Shown here: positions 32,366 to 42,020 of the stretch, one piece after another
Position numbering within the stretch: position 1 is the stretch's first letter
Layout of the letters: each line of letters opens with the position of its first letter
Virus record (IMG/VR): IMGVR_UViG_3300049437_000032
Span: 1 to 42,090 of that record
Source: a virus
Taxonomy: Duplodnaviria > Caudoviricetes
Strand: one strand, 5' to 3'
DNA: 42,090 nucleotides
The notes under the pieces: generated by a model
The model's input: the letters and a program-made list of their open reading frames with translations, nothing else
Told to the model about the DNA's origin: nothing
Databases searched by the model: none
Translations under genes and position numbers: made by a program

Positions 32366-34863
32366 TGGCTCAGCCGCCAGAGTATCGGCAGCGCACCAGC
32401 GCCCAGGGCGGCGGCCCGCTCGGCCTCGCGAACGCGCCGAACATGCAGTTGCCAGGGGGCAGCGGGCTGTCAGAGCTGGGCGCCGGCATCGAGCGCGGCG
32501 CGCAGGCCGTGCGCAAGGCGCAGATCGACGAGTCGATCATGGCCGCGAACGCGACGGCCTCGCAGGCGCGACTCGACCTCAACCGCGATCTCGATGCGCT
32601 CTCGACCGTGCCGGCGACCGAGTTCGAGGACCAGGCGAAGAAGCTCAATAGCCGCTGGGCGCAGCGACGATTCGACGATCGCAAGTCCGCGGGCTCCCAG
32701 GAGGCCCGTAACTTCCTCGAGCTGGAGCATGACCGGTTGCAGCTCGCCGCCGAGAACCAGATCGCAGGCCAGCGCGACGGCGCGCGACAGGCTCGCGTCG
32801 TGCAGTCGCTCGAATCGAGCTTGGCCGCGGACAGCGCAACGATTGAGGCGAACCCCGACGAGGCCCCGGAGATCCTCGCGCGCAACCAGCGCGTCATCGA
32901 GCAGTCCGGTGTCGACCAGCGGGCCCAGGCGCAGCTCTACTCAAATACGGTCGGCACACTCGCGCGCGCCGCGGTGCGCGGCTACCGCAAGCGCAATCCG
33001 TCCGCGCTCATCACCGAGCTGGAGAAGCCCGAGCCCAGCATCGAAGCCCTGCGCCTGCTCTCCCCACAGGAGCGCCAGGTGGAGCTCCAGGCCGCGCGCA
33101 CCGAGCTGCGCGAGCAGATGGTCGGCGGCCTCGTCGACGGCGTGTCGGACGCTTACGCCCGCGGCATCACGCAGGGTGACCGCGCGCTCGAGCATCTTCC
33201 CGCGGAACTCTCCGACGCGGATCGCTTCGAGGTGCGCCGCCTCACTCGGGCGCGGCTGTCCATCCTCCAGGACGAGCGCAGCCGCAAGTACGGGCCGGAG
33301 GTCACCGACATCGCGCTGCGTATCAAGGCTGGCGCCGGCACCGCGCGCGACGTGCGCCGCCTGGGAGAGTTGCGCGAGCTGGGCGCCGTGACCGACGGCC
33401 AGCGCGAGAGCTACCTCGCCCAGCAGCAGGACGCCGTGCGGCGCGCCAGCGAGCGGGATGCGGGCGCCCGCGAAGTCGCGGCGCTGCTGACCTCTGGCTT
33501 GCCACTGGATCCGACGAGCAGCGAACACCGCAAGGCGCTGGCCGGGGCGTTCGAGCAGGCGATCGGCGCGATGCCGGTGACCGACGATCGCTCGCTCGCC
33601 ACCGCTCTCGGGTTTGCCAAGCAGACGCGGATGCTGCCCCAACAGGCAGCGAGCTGGCTGAACAGCTCTGCGCGTTCGCCCGACATGACCGTCGCCACGC
33701 GGGCCGCGGAATTCGCGACGGTCCTGCGCCGCACCGCACCGGAGGCGTTCGGCGAACTGGCGCCGGACACGCGTACCTTCCTCGCCACCGTCGGCGACAT
33801 GATGGGTGCCGGCGCATCCCGCGAGAGTGCATTCCAGGCCGCGCGCGCCACGATCTACGACGCGCCGCCCGCCGTGCTGGAGCTGCGCACGAAGCAGCTC
33901 CCGGCGGTCGAGAAGGTGCTGCCCGGCGTGCTGAGCAACCTCATCGACCGAGACTTTGACCCGGGCCTGTTCAGCGCGCAGCCCGCCGCCACGCAGCGCC
34001 TGCAAGCCGATTTCGCGCGCCAGACCCGCCAGTACTACCTGAAGACCGGAAACGCGCAAGTCGCACAGGACCTCGCGTGGTCGGATATCCGGCGCGTGTA
34101 CGGGCGGACGGAGGTCAATGGATCGCCGGAGCTCCAGATCCTTCCGCCGGAATCGTTCGGCGTGAAGCCGGCTCAGGTGCGTGCTGACATCTCGCATTTC
34201 CTCGAATCTGGCGGCCGGCGGCCCGTTGAGCCGCCCGCGCCGCAAGGCCTACGCACTGCCGGCAACATCGACCTGCATTCGCGCCCCCGCGCGAAGCTCG
34301 CAGACGGCAGCATCGCGACGGTGCGCTCGATCAGCATCGGGACCGACCAGGGCGAGGTGCTGATTCCGACGATCGGTGACGGCGGCCAGGAACTCACGAA
34401 CGATCAGGCGATCGCGCAATTCCGGCAGACCGGCAAGCACCTGGGCGTGTTCGACAGCCCCGAAGCTGCGACGGCCTACGCCAAGACGCTGCACACCGCA
34501 CAGGAGCGGGAGTACGTCGGTGAGTCGCTGCTGCCCGAAGGGCTGACCGCGGACCGCGTGCGCGTCGTCGCTGACGATGTGACGCTATCGCTCGTGAACG
34601 ATGCCCTCACGGGCCAGGCAGTGCGGCCGAGCTATGCGCTGATGACCGACCAGGGCGACGTGCTGCTGAATGCCGACGGCACCCGGGCGCGCTGGACGCT
34701 GCCGACGGCCGAGGATGTGCGTGTGCAGCTCGAGGCCGAGCGCGCCGCAGCGAATGCCGGCGAACTCGGCAAGGCCAAGCGCGATCGCTCGGTGCGCCAG
34801 GAGATCCAGCGCCAACGCGCCTCCGACCTGCTCGACGCGCCGATGATGCCGGGAATCCCCTGA
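32365..34863 (+). CDS. internal virion (ejection) protein, gp15-like
   Basis: 832-aa helical protein in the ejectosome position. Confidence 0.7.
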   Translation: MAQPPEYRQRTSAQGGGPLGLANAPNMQLPGGSGLSELGAGIERGAQAVRKAQIDESIMAANATASQARLDLNRDLDALSTVPATEFEDQAKKLNSRWAQRRFDDRKSAGSQEARNFLELEHDRLQLAAENQIAGQRDGARQARVVQSLESSLAADSATIEANPDEAPEILARNQRVIEQSGVDQRAQAQLYSNTVGTLARAAVRGYRKRNPSALITELEKPEPSIEALRLLSPQERQVELQAARTELREQMVGGLVDGVSDAYARGITQGDRALEHLPAELSDADRFEVRRLTRARLSILQDERSRKYGPEVTDIALRIKAGAGTARDVRRLGELRELGAVTDGQRESYLAQQQDAVRRASERDAGAREVAALLTSGLPLDPTSSEHRKALAGAFEQAIGAMPVTDDRSLATALGFAKQTRMLPQQAASWLNSSARSPDMTVATRAAEFATVLRRTAPEAFGELAPDTRTFLATVGDMMGAGASRESAFQAARATIYDAPPAVLELRTKQLPAVEKVLPGVLSNLIDRDFDPGLFSAQPAATQRLQADFARQTRQYYLKTGNAQVAQDLAWSDIRRVYGRTEVNGSPELQILPPESFGVKPAQVRADISHFLESGGRRPVEPPAPQGLRTAGNIDLHSRPRAKLADGSIATVRSISIGTDQGEVLIPTIGDGGQELTNDQAIAQFRQTGKHLGVFDSPEAATAYAKTLHTAQEREYVGESLLPEGLTADRVRVVADDVTLSLVNDALTGQAVRPSYALMTDQGDVLLNADGTRARWTLPTAEDVRVQLEAERAAANAGELGKAKRDRSVRQEIQRQRASDLLDAPMMPGIP

Positions 34864-34864
34864 C

Positions 34865-37800
34865 ATGCCGATCATTTCCGACCCGCGCGACGTCGCGGAG
34901 CAGTTCATCACCGGTATGCGCGCACCGGGCCCGGCTGAAACTCCTGGCGCTGGCGAGACTCCGGGAGCGCTCGACACGCTGGCGGCGGCGGCCCGGAGTG
35001 CAACGTTCGCGGGCTCGCTCTACGAGCGCTTCGCCGGCAGCCCTGATCCCGCCGAGCGTGGACCGGTGCCGGCGAACTTCGATCCCTTCGAGGACCTCAC
35101 GGGTTTCGAGGAGCACGCACGGCTGTTTGCCTCTGCGGATTCCCCCGCCGAGGTGGAGGGCGTCAAACAGCGGATCCGCGTGCAGGAGCGTGACCGTGAG
35201 ACGCTCGCGCGAGCGGGACTTGGCGGGCCTGCTGCAACTATCCTCATGTCGGCGCTGGATCCCTCCTTCCTCGTCGCCATTGCCGTGCCGGAGCTCGCGA
35301 TCGCCAAGGCCGGCCGCACCGGCCGCGCGGTGCAGCTCGCGCTCGAGGGCGCCGTCGGCGCCACCGGATACGAGGCTGCGCTCCAGAGCCTTCAGGAGAC
35401 CCGAACCGCCGAGGAGTCGGCGCTCAACATCGGAGCCGGTGCCGTGCTGTCGGGCGTGATCGGCGCGATCATCCGGCGCGCGCCGCCGGCGGAGCGCAAG
35501 GCCGTAATAGACCAGGTACGCCAGGAGTTCCCGGTGAACCCGACCGAGGGCCAGTCCTTCGGCGCTGCCGGGGCGCGCGCTGCAACCACGATCGAGCAGG
35601 AGACGCTTGCCCGCGGGGCGGGTGTGATCGCGAAGGCGCAGAAGATCGTTCCGCTCATCGAGACGGACCTCACGCGCGTGATGGGTTCGCAGAGCGTGGA
35701 GGCGCGCCGGATCGTCCAGGAACTCAGCGACATCACCCCGATGCTCGCCAAGAACTTCGAGGGCATCGCGACCTCGCCCTCGGTGGAATCCCGCATCCTG
35801 CGCCACGAGGGCCGCGTCGCGGATCTCTCGGCAGAGCTGGACAGCCTCTATGCCCAGCACCGCACGAACCCGCAGCGCAGTCCCGTCGTCGGCGAGGCAC
35901 CGGTCAGTCGCAAGGAGTTCCTGGAGGCCGTGACGGTCGCCGCGCGCCACGGGGATACCTCGCCCTATCCTGAGGTGCGATCGGGCGCCCAGTACCTGCG
36001 AGAACGCGTTTTTGACCCGCTCAAGCAGGAGGCGCAGCGCTTGGGACTGCTGCCCAAGGATGTGAGCGTGGTCGGCGCTCAGTCCTACGTCACGCGGCTG
36101 TACGACAAGGCCGCGATCCGGGCGGGCCGCTCGGACTGGGACCGGATCCTCACCGACTACTTCGAGCACCAGGGCACGACGCGGGTCGAGGCACGCGCCA
36201 TTGCCGAGGACGTGACGCGTTCGATCCTGCGCACGGACGCGGGGCTTGCCAACTTCAACGCCGCGTTTCGCGTGCCGAACGCCGGCCCGCTCGAGGCGCG
36301 TACGCTCGCGATCGACGACGACCTGATCGCCCGCTTCCTGAAGAACGATCCGGTCGAAGTGGCAAAGCGCTACGTCGCAGAACTGGCGCCACAGATTGAA
36401 GTGACTCGCGTGTTCGGCGACAGGGACATGGCCGAGCCCCTCCAGCGCGTGCGCGACGAGTTCAGCGTGTTGCGCGAGCGTGCTCGGGCTGCCGGCGACG
36501 ACGGCCTCAACGCTCGCCTGGAGAAGATCACGCAGGACGAGCAGCGCACGATGGAGGCGCTCGTGCGTGTCCGGGACCGCATCTACGGCCGCGCCGGGCG
36601 GCTATCGCCCGAGGCCGGCCAGGGTGAGCGCGCGGCTGCGAATCTCGCCCGCGGTTGGCGGAACCTCGTTGCGTCGGCGCGTCTGGGCGGTACGGCTATG
36701 ACCGGCGGCGTGCAGGATCTCTCGCGCGTCGCCGCGCAGTACGGCTTCGCCCCGACCTTCAAGCGCCTGGCGCAGCTCACCGCGCGACCCGCGTTCCGAG
36801 AAATCTCACGCGCGAACGCGCGTCGCATGGGCAACGCCGTCGAGGTCGCGATGTCGCGCCGCCTGGCCGTGGCCAGTGACGGCGCGGTTACCGACGGCTG
36901 GACGCAGAAGCTTGCCGAGGGCGTCTACAAGTACAGCGGCCTAAACCACGTCACCGATATGTGGCGCACGCTGGCCGGGACGCTCATCGAAGACAAGATC
37001 CTGGGGACGGCTGCGGATGTCGCGGCCGGCCGCGAGGTGGACAAGCTCACCCGCGCGCGCCTCGCGCGCATCGGCCTAGACGAGGAGGCGCTGCGCGGCA
37101 TTGCCGAACAGGCGGCGCAGCACGCCGAGGATGTCGACGGGATCCGCGTCAGCAACTCGCTTGCCTGGACCGATGGGGCCCTTGCCGAGCGATACGAGAC
37201 CGCGATCGTGCGCGAGTCCCGCATTGTGGTGAACCAGCCCGGCGCCGCGGACCGCGTGTGGTGGGCAGACGGCGAACTCGGCAAGACGCTTGGCCAGATC
37301 AAGAGCTTCAGTATTGGAGCCCCGATGCGCCTGGCCGCGGAACCTGCGCAGCTCGCGGGCTCCGGCAACTACCTCCAGGCCGCGAGACTCACCGGGTTTC
37401 TCATGGTCGGCGGCGCGCTGTCGTACCAGTTCCGCATGTTGGCCGCGGGAAAGCTGCCAACGACGGACCCGAAGCAGCTCGCTGCCGAGGCGTTCAGCGA
37501 GTCGGGTGTCGCTGGCGTGCTGCCGGATCTGCTCAGCCCGTTCGCGCGCCGGTTCGGCATCTTGGGCGAGTCGGCCAAGTTCAGCGATCGCAATGTCCTG
37601 GCGACGTTCGGCGGCCCTGCGCTCGGCACGCTGGGCGATGCCTATGACGTCGGAATGAATCGCACTGCGAACGGCCTCTCGGCGCGCGACCTTCAAGCGA
37701 TCCGCCGCCTGCTGCCGTTCCAGAATCTGTGGTATCTCCGGCGCGCCATCAATGCGCTCGAAGGCGAGACGGCGGAGGCGCTGAACCTGCCCGGCGCGGA

Positions 37801-37894
37801 CCAAGCCACATTCATCGAGCGGATGAAGCGAACGGATGCGCTGCTGCCGAGCGGACAGCGTGGCGGAACGGGCACGGGCTTGCCGCCGAACTAG
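34865..37894 (+). CDS. large internal virion (ejection) protein, gp16-like
   Basis: 1009 aa; YVTRLYD, GQIKSF, RRLLPFQNLWY. Confidence 0.75.
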   Translation: MPIISDPRDVAEQFITGMRAPGPAETPGAGETPGALDTLAAAARSATFAGSLYERFAGSPDPAERGPVPANFDPFEDLTGFEEHARLFASADSPAEVEGVKQRIRVQERDRETLARAGLGGPAATILMSALDPSFLVAIAVPELAIAKAGRTGRAVQLALEGAVGATGYEAALQSLQETRTAEESALNIGAGAVLSGVIGAIIRRAPPAERKAVIDQVRQEFPVNPTEGQSFGAAGARAATTIEQETLARGAGVIAKAQKIVPLIETDLTRVMGSQSVEARRIVQELSDITPMLAKNFEGIATSPSVESRILRHEGRVADLSAELDSLYAQHRTNPQRSPVVGEAPVSRKEFLEAVTVAARHGDTSPYPEVRSGAQYLRERVFDPLKQEAQRLGLLPKDVSVVGAQSYVTRLYDKAAIRAGRSDWDRILTDYFEHQGTTRVEARAIAEDVTRSILRTDAGLANFNAAFRVPNAGPLEARTLAIDDDLIARFLKNDPVEVAKRYVAELAPQIEVTRVFGDRDMAEPLQRVRDEFSVLRERARAAGDDGLNARLEKITQDEQRTMEALVRVRDRIYGRAGRLSPEAGQGERAAANLARGWRNLVASARLGGTAMTGGVQDLSRVAAQYGFAPTFKRLAQLTARPAFREISRANARRMGNAVEVAMSRRLAVASDGAVTDGWTQKLAEGVYKYSGLNHVTDMWRTLAGTLIEDKILGTAADVAAGREVDKLTRARLARIGLDEEALRGIAEQAAQHAEDVDGIRVSNSLAWTDGALAERYETAIVRESRIVVNQPGAADRVWWADGELGKTLGQIKSFSIGAPMRLAAEPAQLAGSGNYLQAARLTGFLMVGGALSYQFRMLAAGKLPTTDPKQLAAEAFSESGVAGVLPDLLSPFARRFGILGESAKFSDRNVLATFGGPALGTLGDAYDVGMNRTANGLSARDLQAIRRLLPFQNLWYLRRAINALEGETAEALNLPGADQATFIERMKRTDALLPSGQRGGTGTGLPPN

Positions 37895-37898
37895 CCGC

Positions 37899-37927
37899 CT
37901 TGCTTCAAGTTCCCCTCACCCTATCCT
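37899..37927 (+). promoter_or_regulatory. late-promoter-like motif, copy 3
   Basis: CTTGCTTCAAGTTCCC...TATCCT, 6 nt before the tail fibre ATG. Confidence 0.65.
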
Positions 37928-37933
37928 CGCTCC

Positions 37934-39829
37934 ATGACCGTTGAAACCCTCGCGTCGCGGCAGCGGTATCTCGGCGACGGCGCATCGTCGCAGTTCGATT
38001 TCACCTTCCCGTACGCGGACAATGCCGACATTCGGCTCATCCAGAAGGTCGGCGGCGTCGAGACCGCGCTCATCGAGGGCGCGCAGTATTCGCTGACGCG
38101 AGTTGGCGCCGGCGGACGCATCAACCTGGGCGGGGCGCTGGTCAATAACGGCGTACTTGCGGTGCTTCGGGATCCGGCACCGATCCAGGGCGTCGACCTC
38201 ACCAGCAACGATCGCTATTTCCTCGAGACCATCGAGGCGCAGTTCGACCGGCAGGCCATGGTGCTCCAGCGGCATCGGGATCTGCTCACGCGCTCGATCG
38301 TGCTCGCCGAAACCGACGTTGACGGCTCGGGCGCCTACCAGGCGCGCGGCAACCGCATCGGCGGGCTGGCGGCCGGCGTCAACGCATCGGACGCCGTGAC
38401 CGTGGCGCAGCTCGCCGCGGTGGCGGGTGGAGATCTGCTGGTCACGCCTGGCACGATCGCGGCCGTGACCGCGCTGGTGATCACCGATCCTTCCCTGCTC
38501 GCCCTGTTCGGGCCGATCAACTCGCAGATCGGCAGCCTCGTCGACGACATCGCGGATCTCGATGCGGCGCTCGCGGCGCTGTCGCAGATCGCCGGCGACC
38601 CGAACAACATCATCACGCTGATCACCACCGAGACCACGAACCGGATCGCGGGCGATACAGCTCTCGCGCAGACGGTCGCGAAGCTCGGCGCGCTCTCGGG
38701 CGATTCCCTCGCGTTCATCCTGAACCTGAACACCGCCAAGGTGTCGAGCACGGAGTCGCTCGCGCAGCGGCTCGACGGCATCGCCTCGCGCTTCAACTCA
38801 AACGAGGCGGCGATCCTCTCCGAGCAGACGGCGCGCGCGAATGGCGATGGTGCGCTCGCGGCGTCCATCTCCACCGTGCAATCGACGCTCGGAGCGAACA
38901 CCGCCACGGTGCAGACGCTCCAGAGCTCGGTCAACGGCGTACTCGCGAAATACGCCGTCAAGATCGACAACAACGGCTATATCACGGGCTTCGGCTTGTT
39001 GTCAGGGCCGAACAACGGTTCGATTGTCTCGGCCTTCGTGGTGCTCGCCGATCAGTTCCGCGTCGTGACGCCTGGCGCCACCCCGCAGTCTCCCTTTGAG
39101 ATCATCGGCGGCATCGTGTACGCGAAGAATCTCGTCGTGCGCAACGCGCAGATCGAGAACCTCACCATCACGAAGCTGACGGGCGGAACGCTCAACGGCG
39201 ACATGGCGATGGGTACGGGCCGAATCATCTGGAACACGGGCGCGGTGATGAAGGTTTCGGGGTTGGGCTTCGGCAGCGCCAACCAGTTCATCGAGTGGGT
39301 GGGGCCTGCCGTGGGAAGCCTCTCGCTGTGCACCGAGGCAAACGCCACGAGTTACCTGAAGGTCGACGGCAGCGCCTATTTTGGCGGCACGCTGTCGGCG
39401 GGCGTGCTCAAGAGTTCCGCCACCACGTCGAGCACGAGCGTGGCGGCCGAGATCATCAATGGTCCGTACGGCAGCAACGGCGGAACGATCCAGGTCATCC
39501 TGTCGTACATCTTCACGGGCACGCGCTCGTTCGCGGAGGCCGGCTTCAACAGCGGTAGCGGTCCGATCAGCGCCACCGTGCAGCTCTACCGCAAGATCGG
39601 CGCCGGCTCCGAGACGCTCGTGGCTACGCTGAACGTCGCGGGCCTGTGGACCTGGGAGAAGGAAGAGGGCACGCGCTACGAGACCGAGCAGATGGGCGGC
39701 TCGCTCACCTACACGGATACCGCTGCCACCGCCCAGGATCGGACCTATCGGGCCGTCATCACCGCGCGCTCGGTGGTGTTCACCTCCGGCACCATCAGCC
39801 AGCGCGTCACCATTCAGTCAACCGAGTGA
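37934..39829 (+). CDS. tail fibre: podovirus-type N-terminal anchor, coiled coil, lambda-J/DUF1983-like segment
   Basis: YLGDGASSQFDFTFPY...IEAQFDRQAM..Q; YAVKIDNNGYITGFGL...SAFVVLADQFRV. Confidence 0.82.
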   Translation: MTVETLASRQRYLGDGASSQFDFTFPYADNADIRLIQKVGGVETALIEGAQYSLTRVGAGGRINLGGALVNNGVLAVLRDPAPIQGVDLTSNDRYFLETIEAQFDRQAMVLQRHRDLLTRSIVLAETDVDGSGAYQARGNRIGGLAAGVNASDAVTVAQLAAVAGGDLLVTPGTIAAVTALVITDPSLLALFGPINSQIGSLVDDIADLDAALAALSQIAGDPNNIITLITTETTNRIAGDTALAQTVAKLGALSGDSLAFILNLNTAKVSSTESLAQRLDGIASRFNSNEAAILSEQTARANGDGALAASISTVQSTLGANTATVQTLQSSVNGVLAKYAVKIDNNGYITGFGLLSGPNNGSIVSAFVVLADQFRVVTPGATPQSPFEIIGGIVYAKNLVVRNAQIENLTITKLTGGTLNGDMAMGTGRIIWNTGAVMKVSGLGFGSANQFIEWVGPAVGSLSLCTEANATSYLKVDGSAYFGGTLSAGVLKSSATTSSTSVAAEIINGPYGSNGGTIQVILSYIFTGTRSFAEAGFNSGSGPISATVQLYRKIGAGSETLVATLNVAGLWTWEKEEGTRYETEQMGGSLTYTDTAATAQDRTYRAVITARSVVFTSGTISQRVTIQSTE

Positions 39830-39832
39830 TCT

Positions 39833-40075
39833 ATGGCCGCTAAAGAGCAGTTGGAAGCATTGCAGGTGCGACTCTCCGATGCCTTGCTCCGCAAGGAACA
39901 GGTTACGGGCGAGCTCGAAACCTTGAACACGCAGATTCGCGCGATCCGCAATGTGCTCGAGGGCGTGCAGCTCGGTAACGAGGTGCTCCGCGAGGAGGTC
40001 GCGGCCAGGGCGAAGGCGGCGGCCGAGAGCGCGGCCAGTGCGGCGCCGCCGGCGGAAGCCGCGGCGCAGACGTGA
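39833..40075 (+). CDS. small coiled-coil protein (fibre chaperone candidate)
   Basis: Heptad pattern; follows the fibre gene. Confidence 0.7.
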   Translation: MAAKEQLEALQVRLSDALLRKEQVTGELETLNTQIRAIRNVLEGVQLGNEVLREEVAARAKAAAESAASAAPPAEAAAQT

Positions 40076-40076
40076 C

Positions 40077-40364
40077 GTGGACTTTCAGCCCGAAGAGCCG
40101 CGCACCTGGCTGGTCAGCGCACTGGCGCTCCTGCTGTCGCTCGTCACGTGGGGCACGAGGCGTCAGGTGAAACAGTGGGACGACAGCCAGGCCGCGCAGG
40201 ATCGCAGGCACGAGGCGCTCGACACGCGACTGCGATCGCTGGAAAACCAAGTCGCCACCAAGGGCGACATCACCGCGCTCTATGAGCGCGTGAACTCGAT
40301 CGGCGAGGAGAGCGCCGCCCGCCATGCCGAGATTCTCAGATTACTGATTCGCGATCCTCGCTGA
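40077..40364 (+). CDS. single-TM coiled-coil protein of the lysis region
   Basis: GTG at 40077; WLVSALALLLSLVTW followed by coiled coil. Confidence 0.7.
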   Translation: MDFQPEEPRTWLVSALALLLSLVTWGTRRQVKQWDDSQAAQDRRHEALDTRLRSLENQVATKGDITALYERVNSIGEESAARHAEILRLLIRDPR

Positions 40365-40374
40365 AGGAGGCCCG

Positions 40375-40842
40375 ATGTTCTCCGCACTATTCTCGTTCCT
40401 GGGTGGCTCCGCGTTCCGCATGCTGTGGGGCGAAGTGTCGTCCTGGCTGACGAAGCGCCAGGATCACAAGTTCGAGGTCGAGCGGCTGAGGCTCCAGGGC
40501 GACCTCGAGGCCGCGCAGCATGCACGCAACCTCGAAGCGATCCGCGTGCAGGCGCAACTCGGCGTCAAGACGATCGAGGTGCAATCGCAGGCGGATCTCT
40601 CGAAGCTCGACGTATCCGCCTGGACGCAGGCCGTGGCCGATGTCGGCAAACAGACCGGCATCAAGTTCCTGGACATCTGGAACGGCTCGATTCGGCCGTG
40701 GCTCGCGACAATGGCCAGCGCCGCGGTGCTCTTCGAGATCGCGCGCAACGGCTTCGTGCTGAGTGAGTGGGATCGTGAGCTCGTGGGCGCGATCCTCGGC
40801 ATCTACGTTGCCGACAGGCAGCTCTCGAAGCGCGGAAAGTGA
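40375..40842 (+). CDS. putative holin
   Basis: AGGAGG RBS; amphipathic N-terminus, IRP motif and two hydrophobic segments; coupled to the endolysin. Confidence 0.6.
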   Translation: MFSALFSFLGGSAFRMLWGEVSSWLTKRQDHKFEVERLRLQGDLEAAQHARNLEAIRVQAQLGVKTIEVQSQADLSKLDVSAWTQAVADVGKQTGIKFLDIWNGSIRPWLATMASAAVLFEIARNGFVLSEWDRELVGAILGIYVADRQLSKRGK

Positions 40843-41300
40843 TCGACCTGGCCGTCGAGGTGGCTGCGGCGCTGGCGCGGCGCTTCGAGGGCCTGCGACT
40901 GCGGCCCTACCTGTGCCCGGCCGGCGTGCCCACCATCGGCTACGGGGCAACGCGCTACGAGGACGGCAGCGCGGTCACGCTCCTGGATTCGCCCATCACG
41001 GCCGAGCGCGCTGAGGCGCTGCTACTGCACCAGGTGCGACGGACGTTCCTGCCGGCTGTCATCGTGCTGTGCCCCGGCATCGACTCCGCCGAACGTCTGG
41101 CGGCCATCATCGACTTTGCCTTCAACCTAGGCGCCGGCCGGCTGTGTGCCTCGACGTTGCGTCGGCGGATCAATGAGGGGCGCTGGCCCGATGTTCCGAT
41201 CGAGCTGCTGAAGTGGGTGCATGGCGGCGGTCGACGGTTGTCGGGTCTCGTCCTGCGCCGTGAAGCAGAAGCCGCGCTCACCTGGACTAGCAGCTACTAA
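40839..41300 (+). CDS. endolysin, GH24 lysozyme
   Basis: FEGLRLRPYLCPAGVPTIGYG (E-x8-C-x5-T triad), FAFNLG, STL, GLVLRREAE. Confidence 0.93.
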   Translation: MIDLAVEVAAALARRFEGLRLRPYLCPAGVPTIGYGATRYEDGSAVTLLDSPITAERAEALLLHQVRRTFLPAVIVLCPGIDSAERLAAIIDFAFNLGAGRLCASTLRRRINEGRWPDVPIELLKWVHGGGRRLSGLVLRREAEAALTWTSSY

Positions 41301-41349
41301 CTAATTCTGTCCGACACCTGATCCCTAAACCAACCAGGAGATTGCAACC

Positions 41350-41550
41350 GTGCACGACCGCAACAACACGCCGCTCAAGAAGGGCGACAAGGTACTCATC
41401 GAGGCGACCATCACCGAGCTGCAAGCCGGCGAGGACTACTGCAACGTCTCGCTGCGCACGACCGCCGGCCGACGCCCGGATGGCCAGACCGAGTACATCG
41501 GTGCCATCAACACGGGCGTGCTCACGCTGCTCGAGCGAGCGCCGGAATAG
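41350..41550 (+). CDS. small beta-barrel hypothetical protein
   Basis: AGGAG RBS; HDRNNTPLKKGDKV. Confidence 0.75.
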   Translation: MHDRNNTPLKKGDKVLIEATITELQAGEDYCNVSLRTTAGRRPDGQTEYIGAINTGVLTLLERAPE

Positions 41551-41556
41551 GCCCCT

Positions 41557-41583
41557 GAGTTACGGCCGTCGTGGCCGTAACTC
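41557..41583. terminator. hairpin between convergent genes
   Basis: GAGTTACGGCC-GTCGT-GGCCGTAACTC, perfect 11-bp stem; no clear U tract. Confidence 0.45.
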
Positions 41584-41769
41584 GACCACCTCGCCCGGCG
41601 ACGTCTCGGGCGTCGTCCATCCACGGCGCACTTCTACCACCCGGCCGCCGCAGACCCGGCATCTGAGCCGCCGGCGTAGCTCATTGGCAGGCATGGACTC
41701 CATCGGCCGCGGGCGGGGGATCGTAGCGAACCGTCCGCAAGCGCACCACACGTGTAAGACGGACGGCAT
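41560..41769 (-). CDS. small zinc-ribbon protein near attR
   Basis: VWCACGR...LRRRLRCRVCGGR; start uncertain. Confidence 0.6.
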   Translation of the reverse strand: MPSVLHVWCACGRFATIPRPRPMESMPANELRRRLRCRVCGGRVVEVRRGWTTPETSPGEVVELRPRRP

Positions 41770-41839
41770 GACGCCATATTCGTTGCAGGAAGGCCTGCAC
41801 CAGCAAGCCAGACCTGCCGCTACTGTATGGCCAAGGGTG

Positions 41840-41858
41840 TGTGTCACTTTCTGTGCGC
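41840..41858 (+). repeat. putative integrase arm-type site (right arm)
   Basis: TGTGTCACTTTCTGTGCGC, 18/19 identical to 170-188. Confidence 0.65.
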
Positions 41859-41963
41859 ACACCCCCACCATCGGACGCGACATTCAAGGACATAGGCGGC
41901 GCGAGGCGCACGTCGCGCGCCCGCAAGCTGTTGATCCGCTTACGCTCTTCGCTTGGCCTTGGA

Positions 41964-42009
41964 ACTCATAATGCCGGGGTCGAGGGTTCGAGTCCCTCCC
42001 TTTCCACCA
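41964..42009 (+). repeat. attR core
   Basis: 46-bp exact duplicate of 82-127. Confidence 0.97.
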
Positions 42010-42020
42010 CCATTCGGCCG

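Larger units (their letters stand above)
82..42009. mobile_element. Complete temperate prophage (lambdoid control region, BPP-1/T7-like podovirus morphogenesis) carrying a DGR
   Basis: Flanking 46-bp direct repeats, integrase next to attL, cI/cro, replication, terminase, portal, capsid, tail and lysis genes in normal order. Confidence 0.95.

Noticed and set aside
18847-37804. Many long minus-strand ORFs opposite the structural genes
   Set aside because: Antisense shadows expected at high GC; Arg/Ala-rich with no motifs
41821-41838. TACTGTATGG resembling an SOS box upstream of the zinc-ribbon gene
   Set aside because: Only the left half matches; the CAG half-site is missing
41964-42009. Second tRNA gene
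   Set aside because: Only the 3' 46 nt are present; it is attR
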